Assembly: GCA_015680685.1 (NCBI GenBank)
Contig: MNCI01002996.1
Span: 125,542-189,541, forward strand
Direction: 5' to 3'
Source of the DNA: Gnetum montanum
Taxonomy: Eukaryota > Plantae > Gnetophyta
DNA length: 64,000 nucleotides
A program made the translations under genes and the position numbers. Under the pieces are notes generated by a model. It was not told where the DNA came from, did not search any database, and saw only the letters and a list, made by a program, of their open reading frames with translations. The stretch's first letter is position 1, and each line of letters begins with the position of its first letter. This document shows, piece by piece, positions 1 to 13,200 of the stretch.

Positions 1-28
1 CTTCCTATTGTGTGCGTTTCAGGGCCAT
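1..28 (-). pseudogene. Start of env-like/extra ORF of element A (MALKRTQ*), after a 67-nt intron
   Basis: Minus strand: donor AAG|GTAAG at 95, acceptor TTGCAG|ATG GCC CTG AAA CGC at 29/28, TATA-like run near 520. Confidence 0.4.
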
Positions 29-1639
29 CTGCAATCACACAGGGCCAATCATCAGTAAGGTTGTTACCAAAGTTAGGTTATACCCTACTGCTTACCTTAA
101 TGAATTTTCTTTATCTCCGTGTGACATTACTTATTAGAAGAAAATGTCCCTGAAAGATTATAATATTGAATTCTCTTTCCTTAGGTGGTTTCCAATCTAG
201 TTTCCTAGTATAACTAAGGAGATAAAATTATTTTTGGCACATTTATCCTTAATTTTATAACTAATTACCCTTAATAATGTCCTTTCGGTGATGAAGAATT
301 TCAAAACATTTATGCACTATTCGGCGTTTGCCCCTCCCCCACGACTAAGATGAACACTCTGGGTTCAAGTAGGTTCAAACAGAATGAAAATCAGAGTACT
401 AGTGAGAGAGTTATGGATATGAAAGCAAGGGATGCGCAATCATGAGTCATAGAGTGAAATTTGAAAAACTTCCACCATGTGAACAGTTGCAATGATGTTG
501 ATTAGCGCAGGGGGGTCGCATATATATATATTTTTGGGATGTGATATCACATACGCGATATGACATACATGATATCGCGGCCTATCGAAGCTAGGGCACT
601 TTATAGAATGTACCAAATTTTTAATATTTTTTGAAATTAAACAATGTAAACTAAGGAAATTTGGACAAGTGTTAAAGGGTTCCAGGGTAATTGAACTAGT
701 TCTGAAGGCATGAAAATTATGATGGTGTGGAATTTATCAATAAGGACCTCGGATGGTAAGGGGGAGAAAAAGGCTATGTGATGGTTCATAGGANNNNNNN
801 NNNNNNNNNNNNNNNNNNNNNNNNNNNNNNNNNNNNNNNNNNNNNNNNNNNNNNNNNNNNNNNNNNNNNNNNNNNNNNNNNNNNNNNNNNNNNNNNNNNN
901 NNNNNNNNNNNNNNNNNNNNNNNNNNNNNNNNNNNNNNNNNNNNNNNNNNNNNNNNNNNNNNNNNNNNNNNNNNNNNNNNNNNNNNNNNNNNNNNNNNNN
1001 NNNNNNNNNNNNNNNNNNNNNNNNNNNNNNNNNNNNNNNNNNNNNNNNNNNNNNNNNNNNNNNNNNNNNNNNNNNNNNNNNNNNNNNNNNNNNNNNNNNN
1101 NNNNNNNNNNNNNNNNNNNNNNNNNNNNNNNNNNNNNNNNNNNNNNNNNNNNNNNNNNNNNNNNNNNNNNNNNNNNNNNNNNNNNNNNNNNNNNNNNNNN
1201 NNNNNNNNNNNNNNNNNNNNNNNNNNNNNNNNNNNNNNNNNNNNNNNNNNNNNNNNNNNNNNNNNNNNNNNNNNNNNNNNNNNNNNNNNNNNNNNNNNNN
1301 NNNNNNNNNNNNNNNNNNNNNNNNNNNNNNNNNNNNNNNNNNNNNNNNNNNNNNNNNNNNNNNNNNNNNNNNNNNNNNNNNNNNNNNNNNNNNNNNNNNN
1401 NNNNNNNNNNNNNNAGAATGGATGAGTGTGTGTAATGGGCTCACTATCCAAATAATTGATCACTCGAGACTCGACAACATAGAACACACCTCAACCAATG
1501 AGCCACCTAAGTGTTTTATTTGTAGATGAGATTACTTATAAAATGATAAAAACACAAAAAGACAAAAATATAAAACAAGAAATTGAAAAATGAAAAATAG
1601 GAAAACAAAAAATTGTAAAATTAAAGAAAATGAAAAATA

Positions 1640-4600
1640 TTTATTAATCCTGCTTGTTATTAGAATGCGGGATATCCCCCATAACTAAACAATTGAGCAT
1701 GGTGAGGATTAATAAATGAAAGATGAGGATCCTTGCATGTTGGAAATATTGAAACTTGGTCATACTTACCCCATTGGGGTTCACACACCTGATTATAGTA
1801 AGCATAGTGGGGCAATTTATAAGATGTGGTTCCCGGGTAAAGAGTTGATCCACTATGATACTTGAGACCATAAGATGGTATGCAAGGATCAGGATGTCGT
1901 CCTCCATGACTATATTCATTGGGCCATATGGTTGTTGGAGTGTTAATTGGTGGCCCTAATGAACTGACACTAGGCATTGGGTTCAAGGAGGAGGATGCAT
2001 CACAGTGTTGGACTTGTGCTGAGTTGGAGAATGTACTGGCCTTGAAACTATGTTTTCCCTTCCTACGGTCATGTCTAAAGAAGGGACGCCTTTGCTATTG
2101 AGGAGGTCTCTCACTGCTGTTGGCAATAGTAGCACAAGTAATGTTCGTGGGTTGTTGCTATGGTCCAGACACTTCAGGAACAGTTAGTGGTGATGTAGAA
2201 TGAGGGAAAGGATGAGAATGTTGAAATTTAGGAGAAGTGTAAGGTACACAGGGGGTAGTTGTGTTGAGGACATGGGCTGATAGTACTGAGGAGAATAATA
2301 ATGCGGCGAGATAGAGTATGTTGACCTAGTTGGGGAAATAGGATGTTGGACTAGATAAACATTTGGATTCAGATGATACGAAGGGTGTCTCCAGTTTAGG
2401 GATGGCCTCCCCCACAAATGGGATTGTTGCCACTATGATCAAACACAGTATCTCTGTATGAACTCTAGGTGTAATGTGCTTCCCCAATGGTCATATAAAT
2501 GTAATAGGATTAGGCATTGGCCCTTGGGGTGATTGTACAAGAAAATGTTGCATTCATACGTATGATTGGCAGTTAAGCTCTTATTTTCCTCATCCCTTCT
2601 TTCTAATTGTCTAATGATATTTTTTCCTACTTCTTGGGTTGTCAAAACTCTATCTCCAATAATATTGATAGATTCCCCACACTTTTTATGCATCCATTCC
2701 AGCATCTTATTGATCTTTGCCTCAATTTCCTCAAATGATTGGTGTACTGGCAAAGATGGTTCTTCCTCCTTGAGATAGGTTGATTTCTCCTTTTTGTGAT
2801 TATGGACCTCTGTTAAGTTGAGATTTTGGTCTTGTTGATGTTTTCAACACTCTCCCCTAGCCATTTCTCCTTCTTCTCTTGCTACCTGCTTAATAAGCTT
2901 TTGGAATTGATGGGTTCGTAGTTTGTATAGTTGACCTTGGGCATACATCCCTAGGGTCTCTCTTGTTTCATTACGAAGCCCATCAATGATATGGTACATT
3001 AGCCTTTCCTCGGAGAACTCATGGCCTGGACAATTTTTTAACAATGAATAATATCTTTCTAAGTGTATTGACCTAAATCATCGGTGTAAGGCTAGAAAGG
3101 AAACAGACACCGAGAGATTGTTGGACAGCCATAGCTGACCCTGCCTTCGCCCAAGGGCAAGCTGGAAAAGTAAATGAAGGTAGAGTGCCTTGGATGATCT
3201 GCATGTAGATCAACCAAGGACTTCCCCGAGCGTAAGCTATGGCTAGCACTGGGGTTATCATAAATGGGATGTAAATGGAATGCAAACAGCAATATGAAAT
3301 GTAAATAGAGCGTATTGAATTTTAAATAAAGCTTAAACAGAACTGTATTGTAAACAAAGCATAAACCGAAGTAAATAATGTAAATGGGAGGCAATAATGA
3401 AACTGTATTGTATTGCTTAAATAGGAATATGCACCGATCAAAGTGTAGTTGCACACGTGTGGATGGCAAGTCAAACGTCTAGCCTTGGAATGATATGATG
3501 CGATGATGTGACGATGAAATGAGATGAACGTGAGAAATACTTGGAAGCCAACAATCAGGTTTGCCGAGTGCCCAAGGATTGCAAATTCTATCCTTCTTCA
3601 GAGTTGCCAATCTCTCCAATTTTTACCTCCCCGTTTATGTGAATTGATAGGGTATTTATAGGGTTGGGCTAGGTGCTGGATAGTTGCATTCTTTGACCAC
3701 GTTCAATGTATTTATGTTTGGATAGTTGTGCACGAGTTGGATGTGTGCTGGATATTTGTCTTCTTTAACCAGATTCAATGTATCTCACAACATGTGGGTC
3801 ATTCAAGCCCATGAAAATACAAATAATTTAGACAAGCCCTCAAATGATAAAAATTTACAAAGAAAATCAAGGAGGATTAACTTTGCCTCGCTTGTCTAGC
3901 ATCCAGCGTGACCTGCAGTGTGACCTCCAAAACTTGCAATTTTGAGCTGAAATCTAGAATTTCTGAAGGCTGGGACCCATAGTTATTAATAGTGGATCCT
4001 AAGGATGACTTGCACCCTTGAAATCAAGTCATTTTGGCTCAGTTTTGGGACTCTAAAAATTGGTGACGCTAATCCTTACGCTGTGCAACGTCTGAAAAAG
4101 TAACCCCAGCGTCACCACGCCAAAATGGCATATTTCAGGCCCAAATCTTAATTTTCTGGAGGCTAGGAGCTATTGGGGACCTTGGTGAAGGTCATGGGGG
4201 GTCCTTGTGCTCAATTTTGGCCTATTTTAACCCAATTTCGGGGCTCCAAAAGTTGGTGACGCTGATCCTTACGTTGTGAAGCATCTGAAAAAGTAACCAA
4301 AGTGTACTTAGCCAAAACCAAATATTTTGAACCTGAAACTTTTGATTCTGGATGCTAGAAGTTGGTGCAGTCGCCTGTGGGCCTTGGGGGAACCTTGCCT
4401 ATTGAATCATGGGCCATCGGGGGCTGTTTTGGAGGCCTCCAAGTTTGGTCACATTGTACTCATGTTGGGCAGCAGCATGACTTAGCTTGATTTTTGTCTA
4501 AAGTGCTAGGCCAAAATTAGTGGTGTTTCACTAAGGCCATGTCCAAGGGTTCATGTTGTGCTTGTTTCCACTCTTCGATTTATTTCCTCAAGGCCGACAC

Positions 4601-5150
4601 TCTTGCGTAAGTTTGATATCTTTTGTTAAAGAGTTCTACCATTGTTGGCCAACGTCGAATTGAATTTGGTTTTAATGATCTATACCATACTTTTGCTTGG
4701 CCAACGAGTGTCATAGGAAAGAGCTTGAGTTTTTGCCAACCATTATCAATGTTATTCCATGCACAGGCATTGTAGAACACTTGTAAATGTTGTTGCAAAT
4801 CTGAGTCATAGCCTCCTGAGAAATTGGGAAAGTTGTTTAAATCGAGCCTGGGTAGGCGGCTCTCTTTACNGAATCTGAGTCATAGCCTCCTGAGAAATTG
4901 GAAAAGTTGTTTAAATCGAGCCTGGGTAGGCGGCTCTCTTTACGATTCCTACGGGAGATTCAAACAGCCTCTTGTATTTGCGTTAGGCTTGTAGTGGTTA
5001 TTAGGGGTTCATCGTCATCAAGTAAGTTATGCCTTCGTGCATTGGGACGATGCTACCTTCATTTATGTTTATAAGAAAACTCCACCTCGGATTGCGTAAT
5101 CCAAACTTCATTGTCATATAATTCATTGGTTCTCCAGTGAATTGCCTCAC
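1640..5150 (-). pseudogene. gag: Degenerate Athila-type gag, split by solo-LTR 3064-4530
   Basis: FPNFSGGYDSD..QHLQVFYNAC..KLKLFPMTLVGQAKVWY..W..MVELFNKRY (4580-4940), CPGH motif (2844-3044), Cys/His knuckle remnant (2439-2753), Pro/Gln-rich tail. Many stops. Confidence 0.85.
3064..4530 (-). mobile_element. Solo-LTR, Ogre/Tat-type (1467 bp)
   Basis: TG..CA ends, TSD CTAAG (3059-3063 and 4531-4535), terminus AAAATTAGTGGTGTTTCA shared with the Ogre LTR end at 20344, minus-strand TATA near 3654. Removing it rejoins gag. Confidence 0.9.
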
Positions 5151-5309
5151 TAGATGTGGCATTATCGTAGTCTTGTAGGAGAGGCATGGTTGTGAAATTG
5201 TGTGTGAATTTGCATGTGACTTTTTGTAATTATTTCTTCCTAAAAGGTATATCATTAATTCCTATAGAGCAACCTTGTATGATATAACTAATCTAGATAA
5301 CTAGCACCG

Positions 5310-5327
5310 TCCCCAGCAACGGCGCCA
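5310..5327 (-). promoter_or_regulatory. Primer-binding site (Athila-type, tRNA-Asp-like)
   Basis: TGGCGCCGTTGCTGGGGA, one nt after the LTR end ...CCACTCATCA. Confidence 0.9.
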
Positions 5328-5328
5328 A

Positions 5329-6203
5329 TGATGAGTGGCAAGGTACCCTTACACTCAACCATACGAATACGAGTGTTTCACGCACCATCCAGTCGAACTC
5401 CACAAACAGACTAGTTGTGGTATCTAGACAATTACTCATAGATCGCAGTTCGATGTCTTCCCACCTAGACTATTATTAGCTTTGTCACGTATGGTTTAGT
5501 CCAAAGTGAGGTGTATGATGTGTTCCTACACTAATGCTACTCCTGGGTATGATGGGAAATAATATCAACTAAGCTAGGAGAGAGAGGGTGAGAGAGAATC
5601 TAAACTAGCCTAAGTGCAATGAGCATCTGTTCCTTAATCATCCGTACACATCTTGGACCTCGTGCACGACTACCACTAGGATTACGAAGCGCATGGCCTA
5701 GGTACACTACTGGGTTACCAAGTAGTCACACTTAAATGCTTGTGATTAAGTCGTACTCATTCCGCATTACTAGGAGATAAGGGTAGAGATATGAACTAAG
5801 AAAGCAATAAATAACAATAACAATTAAATAATTAAGCTAAGTGGATGCTACAATGATGAAGTAATCTCGATCTTTATTGTCGGTCATGTGCATCTCCAAG
5901 TACGTCACACTCGAGTAAGGATGTTGTACAATTACAATCATCACACTACGGGCATGCACTGGGAGAAAGGGTTGAGAGGAAAGACTGACAAAAAGTCCCT
6001 ACCTTAATACTAAAAAACTAAAAAACTTAAAACTTCCAACCTTAAAACTTAAAAGGGAACTTCTTAACCAAATCTGCCTACCTCTTATTTATAGATGAGG
6101 AGATAAGTTGCGATATTGTGTACCTGAGATCATGTCTAGGCTACGATATCGTGTACATGATATCGTGGATGTGATATCGCAACCAACAATTCATGACTCA
6201 TCA
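5329..6203 (-). repeat. 5' LTR of element A
   Basis: TGATGAG..CTCATCA termini, minus-strand TATA near 6088, CGATATCG palindromes. Homologous to LTRs at 21134, 26197, 35316 and 63556. Confidence 0.9.
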
Positions 6204-8363
6204 AGAGCTATGCTTAAGGCTAAAGTAGCTAGTACGTCAGCTATGGCATTTTCATTGTGAGGGATATGTTGGACATCTATGCTTGCAAATTATTTAAGTA
6301 AGTGTTTTGCCAGATCCTAGTAAGGTTGTAGATGTTGTGCTTTACAAGCGTAGACATCTGTGACTTGGTTAATAACTAGTTCCGAATCACCTCAGACTGC
6401 TATGTTTTGAATTCCTAACTCTTGAGTTGCTAAAATGCCTCTAAGGAAACCTTCGTTCTTTGCCATGTTGTTTGTACAAAGAAATGCAAAGTGGTATGTA
6501 AAGGGTCAGATCTCCCCGGAGGGGAATGTGATAATGGTAGCAACACTACCCCCTTGTGAGGTCGAAGCATCATCAAAGTATAAAACGGCCTCAAAATTTA
6601 TAGGTACTTAGCTTATACTACTAACATACTCATTCGGGAATTCTGGATCTATCATTGCTTGATCATCTATGAATGAAGCCGTGAGTTGTGTGGCTATTGC
6701 TTGACCTTTTGTGGATGCCCACGCTATGTAGTGCAGGTCAAACTCCATGGTTATTGCCTTCCATCTTGCTATTCTACTACTTTCATATATGTTTGTTGTA
6801 ATAGCCCTAAGTACATTGCTCTTGTAGATGACATTAACTTGACTGTAGAAAAGGTAGTGTCTCCACTTTTTAAGTGCAAAGACTAAGGCAAGAAAATTTC
6901 TCTCCACATCATTATATTTTACCTTGTGTGCTACTAATGTATGGCTTAAATAGTAGATAGGAACCTCAAAGCCCTTATCTTGCTTTTGACAAAGCAGGGA
7001 AGCAATGGATGTGTCTGAAGTTGCAAGGTAGATGTAGAAAGGTTTATCTCTTTACGAAGGATAGATTGTTGGAAGTTGAACCAACTCCTTTTTCAGGTTT
7101 TCACATGCCTCTTGGCATTGATCTGTCCACTCAAAGTTGATCCTCTTTTTGAGTAGATGTTACATTGGCTGCAACTTATCAGTCAACCTTGCGATAAACC
7201 TACGTATGAATTGCATCCTACATTGTAATCTGTGTAACTCCTTAAGGTTTGCTAGTGCCACCAAGTTGGTGATAGCCTTGACCTTATTAGGGTCTACACT
7301 TATTCTTGCTTCTAATACCACAAAGCCTAACATGCAACCGGTTTTAACGCCAGAGACACACTTTTTGGGATTAAGCCTAAGGTCATGTCTACAACAACAT
7401 TTGAGAACATGGTCCAAGTCATTCGCGTGGCCATGAGCCATTTTGGACTTAACCACTATGTCGTTAACGTAGTCATTGAGCAATTCTAACAAATAGTGAC
7501 TAAAGATGTATGTCATTGCGTGTTGATATGTTGCTTCTGCGTTCTTTAGTCCAAAGGGGCATCATTGTATAACAAAATGTACCCCAGGGGGTCATGAAAG
7601 TAGTGGTAAGTTGGTGCTCTGGGTTGATGCGAACCTATCCATGAAGGACAACAAGGCATGACTAGTTGTAGTATCGATGAGTTGGTCAATATTAGGCAAT
7701 GGGAAATCATCTGTGATGGTTGCCTTGTTTAGGTCTCGGAAGTTAATGCAAATGCATATACCTCCATTTTTCTTGGGGAAAACTATGATGTTTGAAACCT
7801 AGTTAGTATAATCTACTACCTGGATGAAACCAGCTTTGTAAAGCTTAGTGATCTCATTGTGGATGGCCAACATGACCTTCGGCTTGATTTTACAAGCTGT
7901 TTGTTTAACTAGTTTAACGTGTGGATCTAGGATAATGTTATGTTGTATTATACATAGGTCTAAGCCCAGCATGTCCTCGTAAGACCATGCAAACACCTTG
8001 ACATCATCACTAAGAACTTTAGAGATGCTTTGTTGGATTTGAGGCTCTAGTAAGGAACTAAGTTTCAATGTTTTTGCATCACCTTTGCATGTTGTTACAA
8101 GGACTTCTATGAGGGGATCCTCAGTCACATCACCTGCTTCTAAGTTTAGAGCTCGGACTAGATGTTTTGGCCAATCTAGTGACGTCTCTAGGGATGCTAT
8201 ATTGGTGTCATAAGGAAGTGGTTCGAAGTCCAAAAGTTTTATGTTTATGTGTCTCATGAGTTTTCCATACGTTCGACTCAAGGCTAAGGGCGAATGAAGA
8301 CTCTCGTATGCATTCATTTTTCAAGAGATATTGTAAGATAACTAGAAAAATGTCAAGTAGCAC
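6204..8363 (-). pseudogene. pol: Ogre pol remnant: RT, RNase H and additional (archaeal-type) RNase H
   Basis: VFAWSYEDMLGLD, YVNDIVVKS, LRLNPKKC, ALVFALKKWRHYL, RIARW, KGQAIA, then YFDDAS..TNNMAKNE..DSELVINQV (aRH). Confidence 0.9.
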
Positions 8364-8796
8364 CTGTTTTAATGAAGTAAAATGCATAAAATAAGGAAGA
8401 CAATGCTATGAAAATTAACTATGAAGTATCTAAAGTAACTTATTTATGTATATTTTATTATTTTTTGTATTTTTTGTTGTGGCCTTGATTGGTCACAAAA
8501 TTGCTAGTTTAAGGTCATAGCGGACCATAGACTATGCGTGAGGTGTAAGTCTAAGTAAGGCTTGAAAGGTTTGAAACATGGGGCTAGGTTGAACATTCAT
8601 CGAGCAAGCAGAAAAAATGTAAAAAATTTACTAAAGTGTAAAAAGTTCAAAAAGTTAGAAAATTTTTCTAACTCTAGGTGTTACGTTGCGTGGGACATGG
8701 GATGTTCCACATTAGGCATGGGACATGGAGTGTTCTGCATTATGCATAGGACATAGGATGTCTTAGAAGGGTGACATGTCATTTGACTTTAAAGGG

Positions 8797-8804
8797 TATA
8801 AATA
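8797..8804 (+). promoter_or_regulatory. TATA box of the antisense gene inside the Ogre element
   Basis: TATAAATA, followed by a leader ending at donor CAG|GTAGG (9055/9056). Confidence 0.55.
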
Positions 8805-9604
8805 GAGGCTTTACCCATGGTAAACCTGTCATTTTCACCATTAGAACCAATAGTCATCCAAGCATAGCGTGGCCAAGGCAAAGCATATTAACCACAGAAC
8901 GTGACAACAAGAGAGCTAGAGCATGACAATAAGAAGATGGCATGTAGGAGCGAGTGTAGACACCCTAGCCTTGCCAATGTTCACGAAGGCGAGCAAACCC
9001 TGCAGCATCTTCCCAACACACATGTTGAAGAGCACCAATAGACATCGTCTGTCAGGTAGGCCGTCATACTACACTCATGATTGATTTTTTTTTTTTCTGC
9101 TTCCACATGTTTGGGCTTTGGTTTTTGGGAGTTTGAAAGGTGGCTTGCTATGGGCAGGGATTGCTATTACCGTCGCTGCGACTAGGGAGGGGGTGCATGT
9201 CATGGATCCTGCTCTTTTTTTTTTTTGAGAGGGTTTGAGGGTGTCCTGCACCACGGCACTAGGCAAGGGTTTTTCGACAAGGGCTTCTAAGCATTCAGCA
9301 CCGTGGGATAGGGCAAGGTATTCTGTAATGTCTCACACTGCAAGAGGAAATGGGAATTTTATATGTACCGCTTAGTGTAGCGCATCAGGAGGGTTTTGGG
9401 TGCTCTACGTCCCATATTGCAAAACAAGGGCTTTCCTACATGTCCCGCGTAGTGGGACAACACAAGGGTTTCATGAGCCTCCTGCTCCACTACGCAAGAC
9501 AAGGGTTTTTTTTAATGTCCCATGTTATGGGACAGGACTCGACCAAGGCAATCAAGGGTCCCAATTGGCAAGCTCTAGGCATCCCTAAGAGTGTGACAAA
9601 AAGT

Positions 9605-10070
9605 CAGAAAAATTTTGACATTGCTACATTCAACGTTTGGATTTTTGCACTGAAAAAAATTTTCAGCATTTGGATTATACATTAAGAAAATTTTTAGCGT
9701 TTGAATTTTTGCACCGAGAAAAATTTCTAGTATTTGGATTTTACACTCAGAAAATTTTTGTGACTTTTTGCCAGTAACTTTGCAGTTGTTACACTCCCTG
9801 GTAGCATGACCAGTACTAAAAAAACTTTTTACATTTTTTGATAATTATTTTACAATTGACCAACAATTGAAAAAATTTTGTGCAAATTTTCTACCAATAT
9901 CTCTGCAGTTGTCATGCTCAAACACTTAGAAAAAATTTTCAAAATTTTTTCCAATTATTCCACAATTGTCACATTCTCTAGGAGCATGACAAACATTTAG
10001 AAAAATTTTTCTTGGAAAGTGTCACACTTTGCAAGGGAGTGTGACCAACAGTTAGAAAATTTTTAAGTTT
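9605..10070. repeat. Imperfect tandem repeats (AAAATTTTT..TTTGGATTTT..CAC and CTTAGAAAAATTTT motifs)
   Basis: Units of ~30 and ~65 bp. The same (CA)CTTAGAAAA(A)TTT core recurs in the LTR at 19640-20290. Confidence 0.7.
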
Positions 10071-10227
10071 TTTTTTGTAACATTCGAAAAACCTATAAAT
10101 GTTAGTTTTTTTTATATTACTTTATGCATTGTTTGTCTGTTACTTTTATCATTTTTGTTACCATTTTCCAATACTGATGCTTTCATTATTGTGGCATTGC
10201 AGGGTCCTGCTTAAACCTGCCCTTGTC

Positions 10228-13200
10228 ATGGTTAAACTAGTAAGGATTTTGTGTTGTATGAGCGATCCTGTGCTCAATGTCCCCACACCTCATGCATGCA
10301 TAGGATACTAGGTGGTCTAGTTTCGGGAGGGTGCATAGGAATTCTTAGAATTCCTACTTCGCCACTTCAATGTGATCATATGGTCACACTTGTCCACTAA
10401 AGCATCAAGTGCCCTAGTCGAAATGTTGATGCCTTGGGTAAACCGAGGCATTTTAAAATTTATGTCAAATGAACCTACTGAAGGTGAAGGGGCAAGGAGC
10501 TTAAGCTAGCGCCCAAGAGGTCTCAGGCCCTTATCTTGGATTTAGGAGATGCCCGAGTTTCAGTGTTATCATAAATACAACACTATATTCCTTGCTCCCT
10601 ATGTGGGCATGGTCTTCCAAAATCCACCTGAAATAGTTTACTATGCTGGAGGGTGAGCCCTATTATGATGATTTTTTTTATGACTCGGAATGCTTACTAC
10701 ACTTTTGCCTATTGCCAGATTTTCTGTTGATGAAGATGGCCTTCACAATGGAGAAGGGATATTAACCCTAGTCCAAAAAACCCTACAAGATTTCTCATCT
10801 ATTGAGAACATGCATGCTAGCGTTATAGGGCAGATTGGGGCAGATATGACAAATTACCTTACTAGATACTCCAAATCCTATGTGAAATGCTTGGATCTCA
10901 ATTGGTTGGATGTTGAATGGATATCCTAGATATCGTCATTCCCCACACCATTTGTACCAGGTAAGTTATGTCACTCGTTTATTTTCATGCATTTTTTTAA
11001 TTTTTTACATTTTCATCATGTTGCTGATTTTACTTTTGTTTACTGCAACTAGAGCCAAGTTTAGGGGGGTCACAGTAATTGTCTTAGGATGCACTAAGGC
11101 CAATCTTCTTTTCAAGTATGGTGAGGTTGATGGTTCGTAGCGCTGGTTGTGCCACAAGGCCCAAGCAAGGATACCCCAAAATCTTCAATGAGCTGGGCTC
11201 TTAGACCTATTCTTGGCCATGAACCCAAGCATCCCGATTGTGGAGATGATTGCCCTTGTCAATTCTTTCACGGAGAGTGCCGACCATTTCTACACATGGG
11301 TTTACAATGTGCAAGTGGTCTTTGAGATCATAGAAGACCTCTTTTCGAATCTCTTTGGAGTCCCCTTTGAAGGTTTACCTATAGGTAAAAACACGAACAA
11401 AGAGCTAAACCACAAAGGGGACATTGAAAAGTGGCTAGGCACCAAGAAAGGCCACAAGGGCATTCCCATGAAGCAGGTAAAATTGCTGGTGGCCCAACAC
11501 CTTTATCCCATCTTCTGGGCTCGCATATTTCTTAAGTTTCTTTCCTAATGAAAGGTCCTTGGGGTAGCGCGAGCTTAGGTTATCAAGGATGTGATAGAGG
11601 AAGGGGCATAATACAATTGGGCCAAATACCTTGCTGATGGCATGTGAGCCAAAATAATCAAATTTCGTGGTAATCTTAAAGCACGCTCTCATGTACATTT
11701 TGCCATTTTTGTGGTGTGCTTGTGAAGGTTTATGAAATTCCTAATGGTCCATGAAAACAGGCTATGGATGATGCAAGATCACACCCAGATATTCAAACCA
11801 TGGATCCACCATTTATTCAGCACAACATGGTCATAAGACCCCCTGGAGGCTATTGGTGATTCGTTTTCAATAACCACCAAGGGCCACACGAGGCCATCCT
11901 ACTACGTGCATGACAGTGCTGGAGAGCCTCCTCCCATCAACATAGGCAACTTAGTGAGGGGGGCACGACTCATCGTTGAGATGGTGAAATCGAAGATGCA
12001 AATCAAGAAGCCTCGTGCCATGGAGGTGCCCATGCGTGAAATTGAAGAAAAGGATAAGAAGCTACGCCTTAGACTCAACAATGCATGATCAGAGTTTTCT
12101 AGTAAGTATACATCATTTAGTATATTTTCTTTTTTATAGATATAGATTTTTTTTAGTAAGTGCTTTAACTTAAGTTTGTGCAACATAGGTGAGGAAGATC
12201 CTACTGTAGAAGAGGAGCCCTTAGAGGAGGATGTCCCTTAGCCCAAGGGACACATGACAAATGAAGACATCGTCAAAATCTTAAGTCAACTCAAAGAGGA
12301 GGGGCTGAGATTTAAGAATGGTGAGTTTGATCGTTTATTTAAAGGTGTGCAAATGGGCAATTCCCTTGGTCTCACCCCTGAGGGTTTGCTGGGTAGGAGC
12401 TTAGCATCACCATTTTCATTATGCTCTTCCTCTCCCTCTTCTCTCTCTTCCTTTTCTTACTTTTTTAATACTTTTTTATGTTTTTTTTAGAATGCTAACA
12501 TGCTTTATCTTACAGCGGGTGATGCTTCTACTAAGTGTCCTAAATCTACATCCACTTTCCGCTCATAACCGTGGACAGAAACTCTAGACAAGTTTACCTT
12601 CATGCAAGGCATAGTGGATGACATGATCGATTGTCTAAAATAGATAGATCCCAAGAGAGGTATTTTTATGTTATTGGTTTTTTGTTGTTGTGTTTTTTTC
12701 CCTTTGTCTTACAACTAATGTTTTTCCTTTTTGGTATAATAGCCTCACGACTCAAGTGGAACCCACAAAGGGTGGTCCAAGTTGATGGTGTACCTGAGTT
12801 CCCTCTTGAGGTAGAACAGGTGTCTCGTCGTATATATGACAAGGCAAGAAAATGCACACTACACTCAGCATGATCATTGTGGGAGTGTAGATGCGTGAAC
12901 AAGGAGCTCTGGAAATAAATAGAGCTTCGGGAGTAGAAGGTGAACCAGGCAATCCAGCTAGAGGATTTACAGTCACAATACGACTTCTTGGCAGCTCGCG
13001 ATAAATTAGACGGTAGCTAGTGTATAGCTATAATTGACTAAACTAGGTATTGGTCAGCCATCAGGGGCAAGAATGGGGCTACTCACGAGGTTATTAAGCA
13101 GCACTTGTAGATGGACCTCTTGGCTCGGAAGAACCAAGATTGGAAGGACTATAGCATCAAAGTGTATGAGTGGGGATAGACTTAGAAGAATCACAAGTAC

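Larger units (their letters stand above)
1..6203 (-). mobile_element. Athila-like Ty3/gypsy LTR retrotransposon A (5' LTR, PBS, gag, no visible pol; 3' part runs off window), inserted into the Ogre pol
   Basis: 5' LTR 5329-6203, PBS 5310-5327, gag remnants 5150-1640 on minus. It abuts the Ogre aRH at 6204. Continuity across the N gap is inferred from LTR-type CGCGATATCGC motifs at 540-585 and a spliced MAxKR start at 28. Confidence 0.75.

Noticed and set aside
737-1487. Long ORFs made of X residues (also 39094-39489)
   Set aside because: They span assembly N gaps.
4798-4943. ~72-bp tandem duplication in gag (also ~47 bp at 34073-34167)
   Set aside because: The copies are separated by a single n, which points to an unmerged contig overlap.
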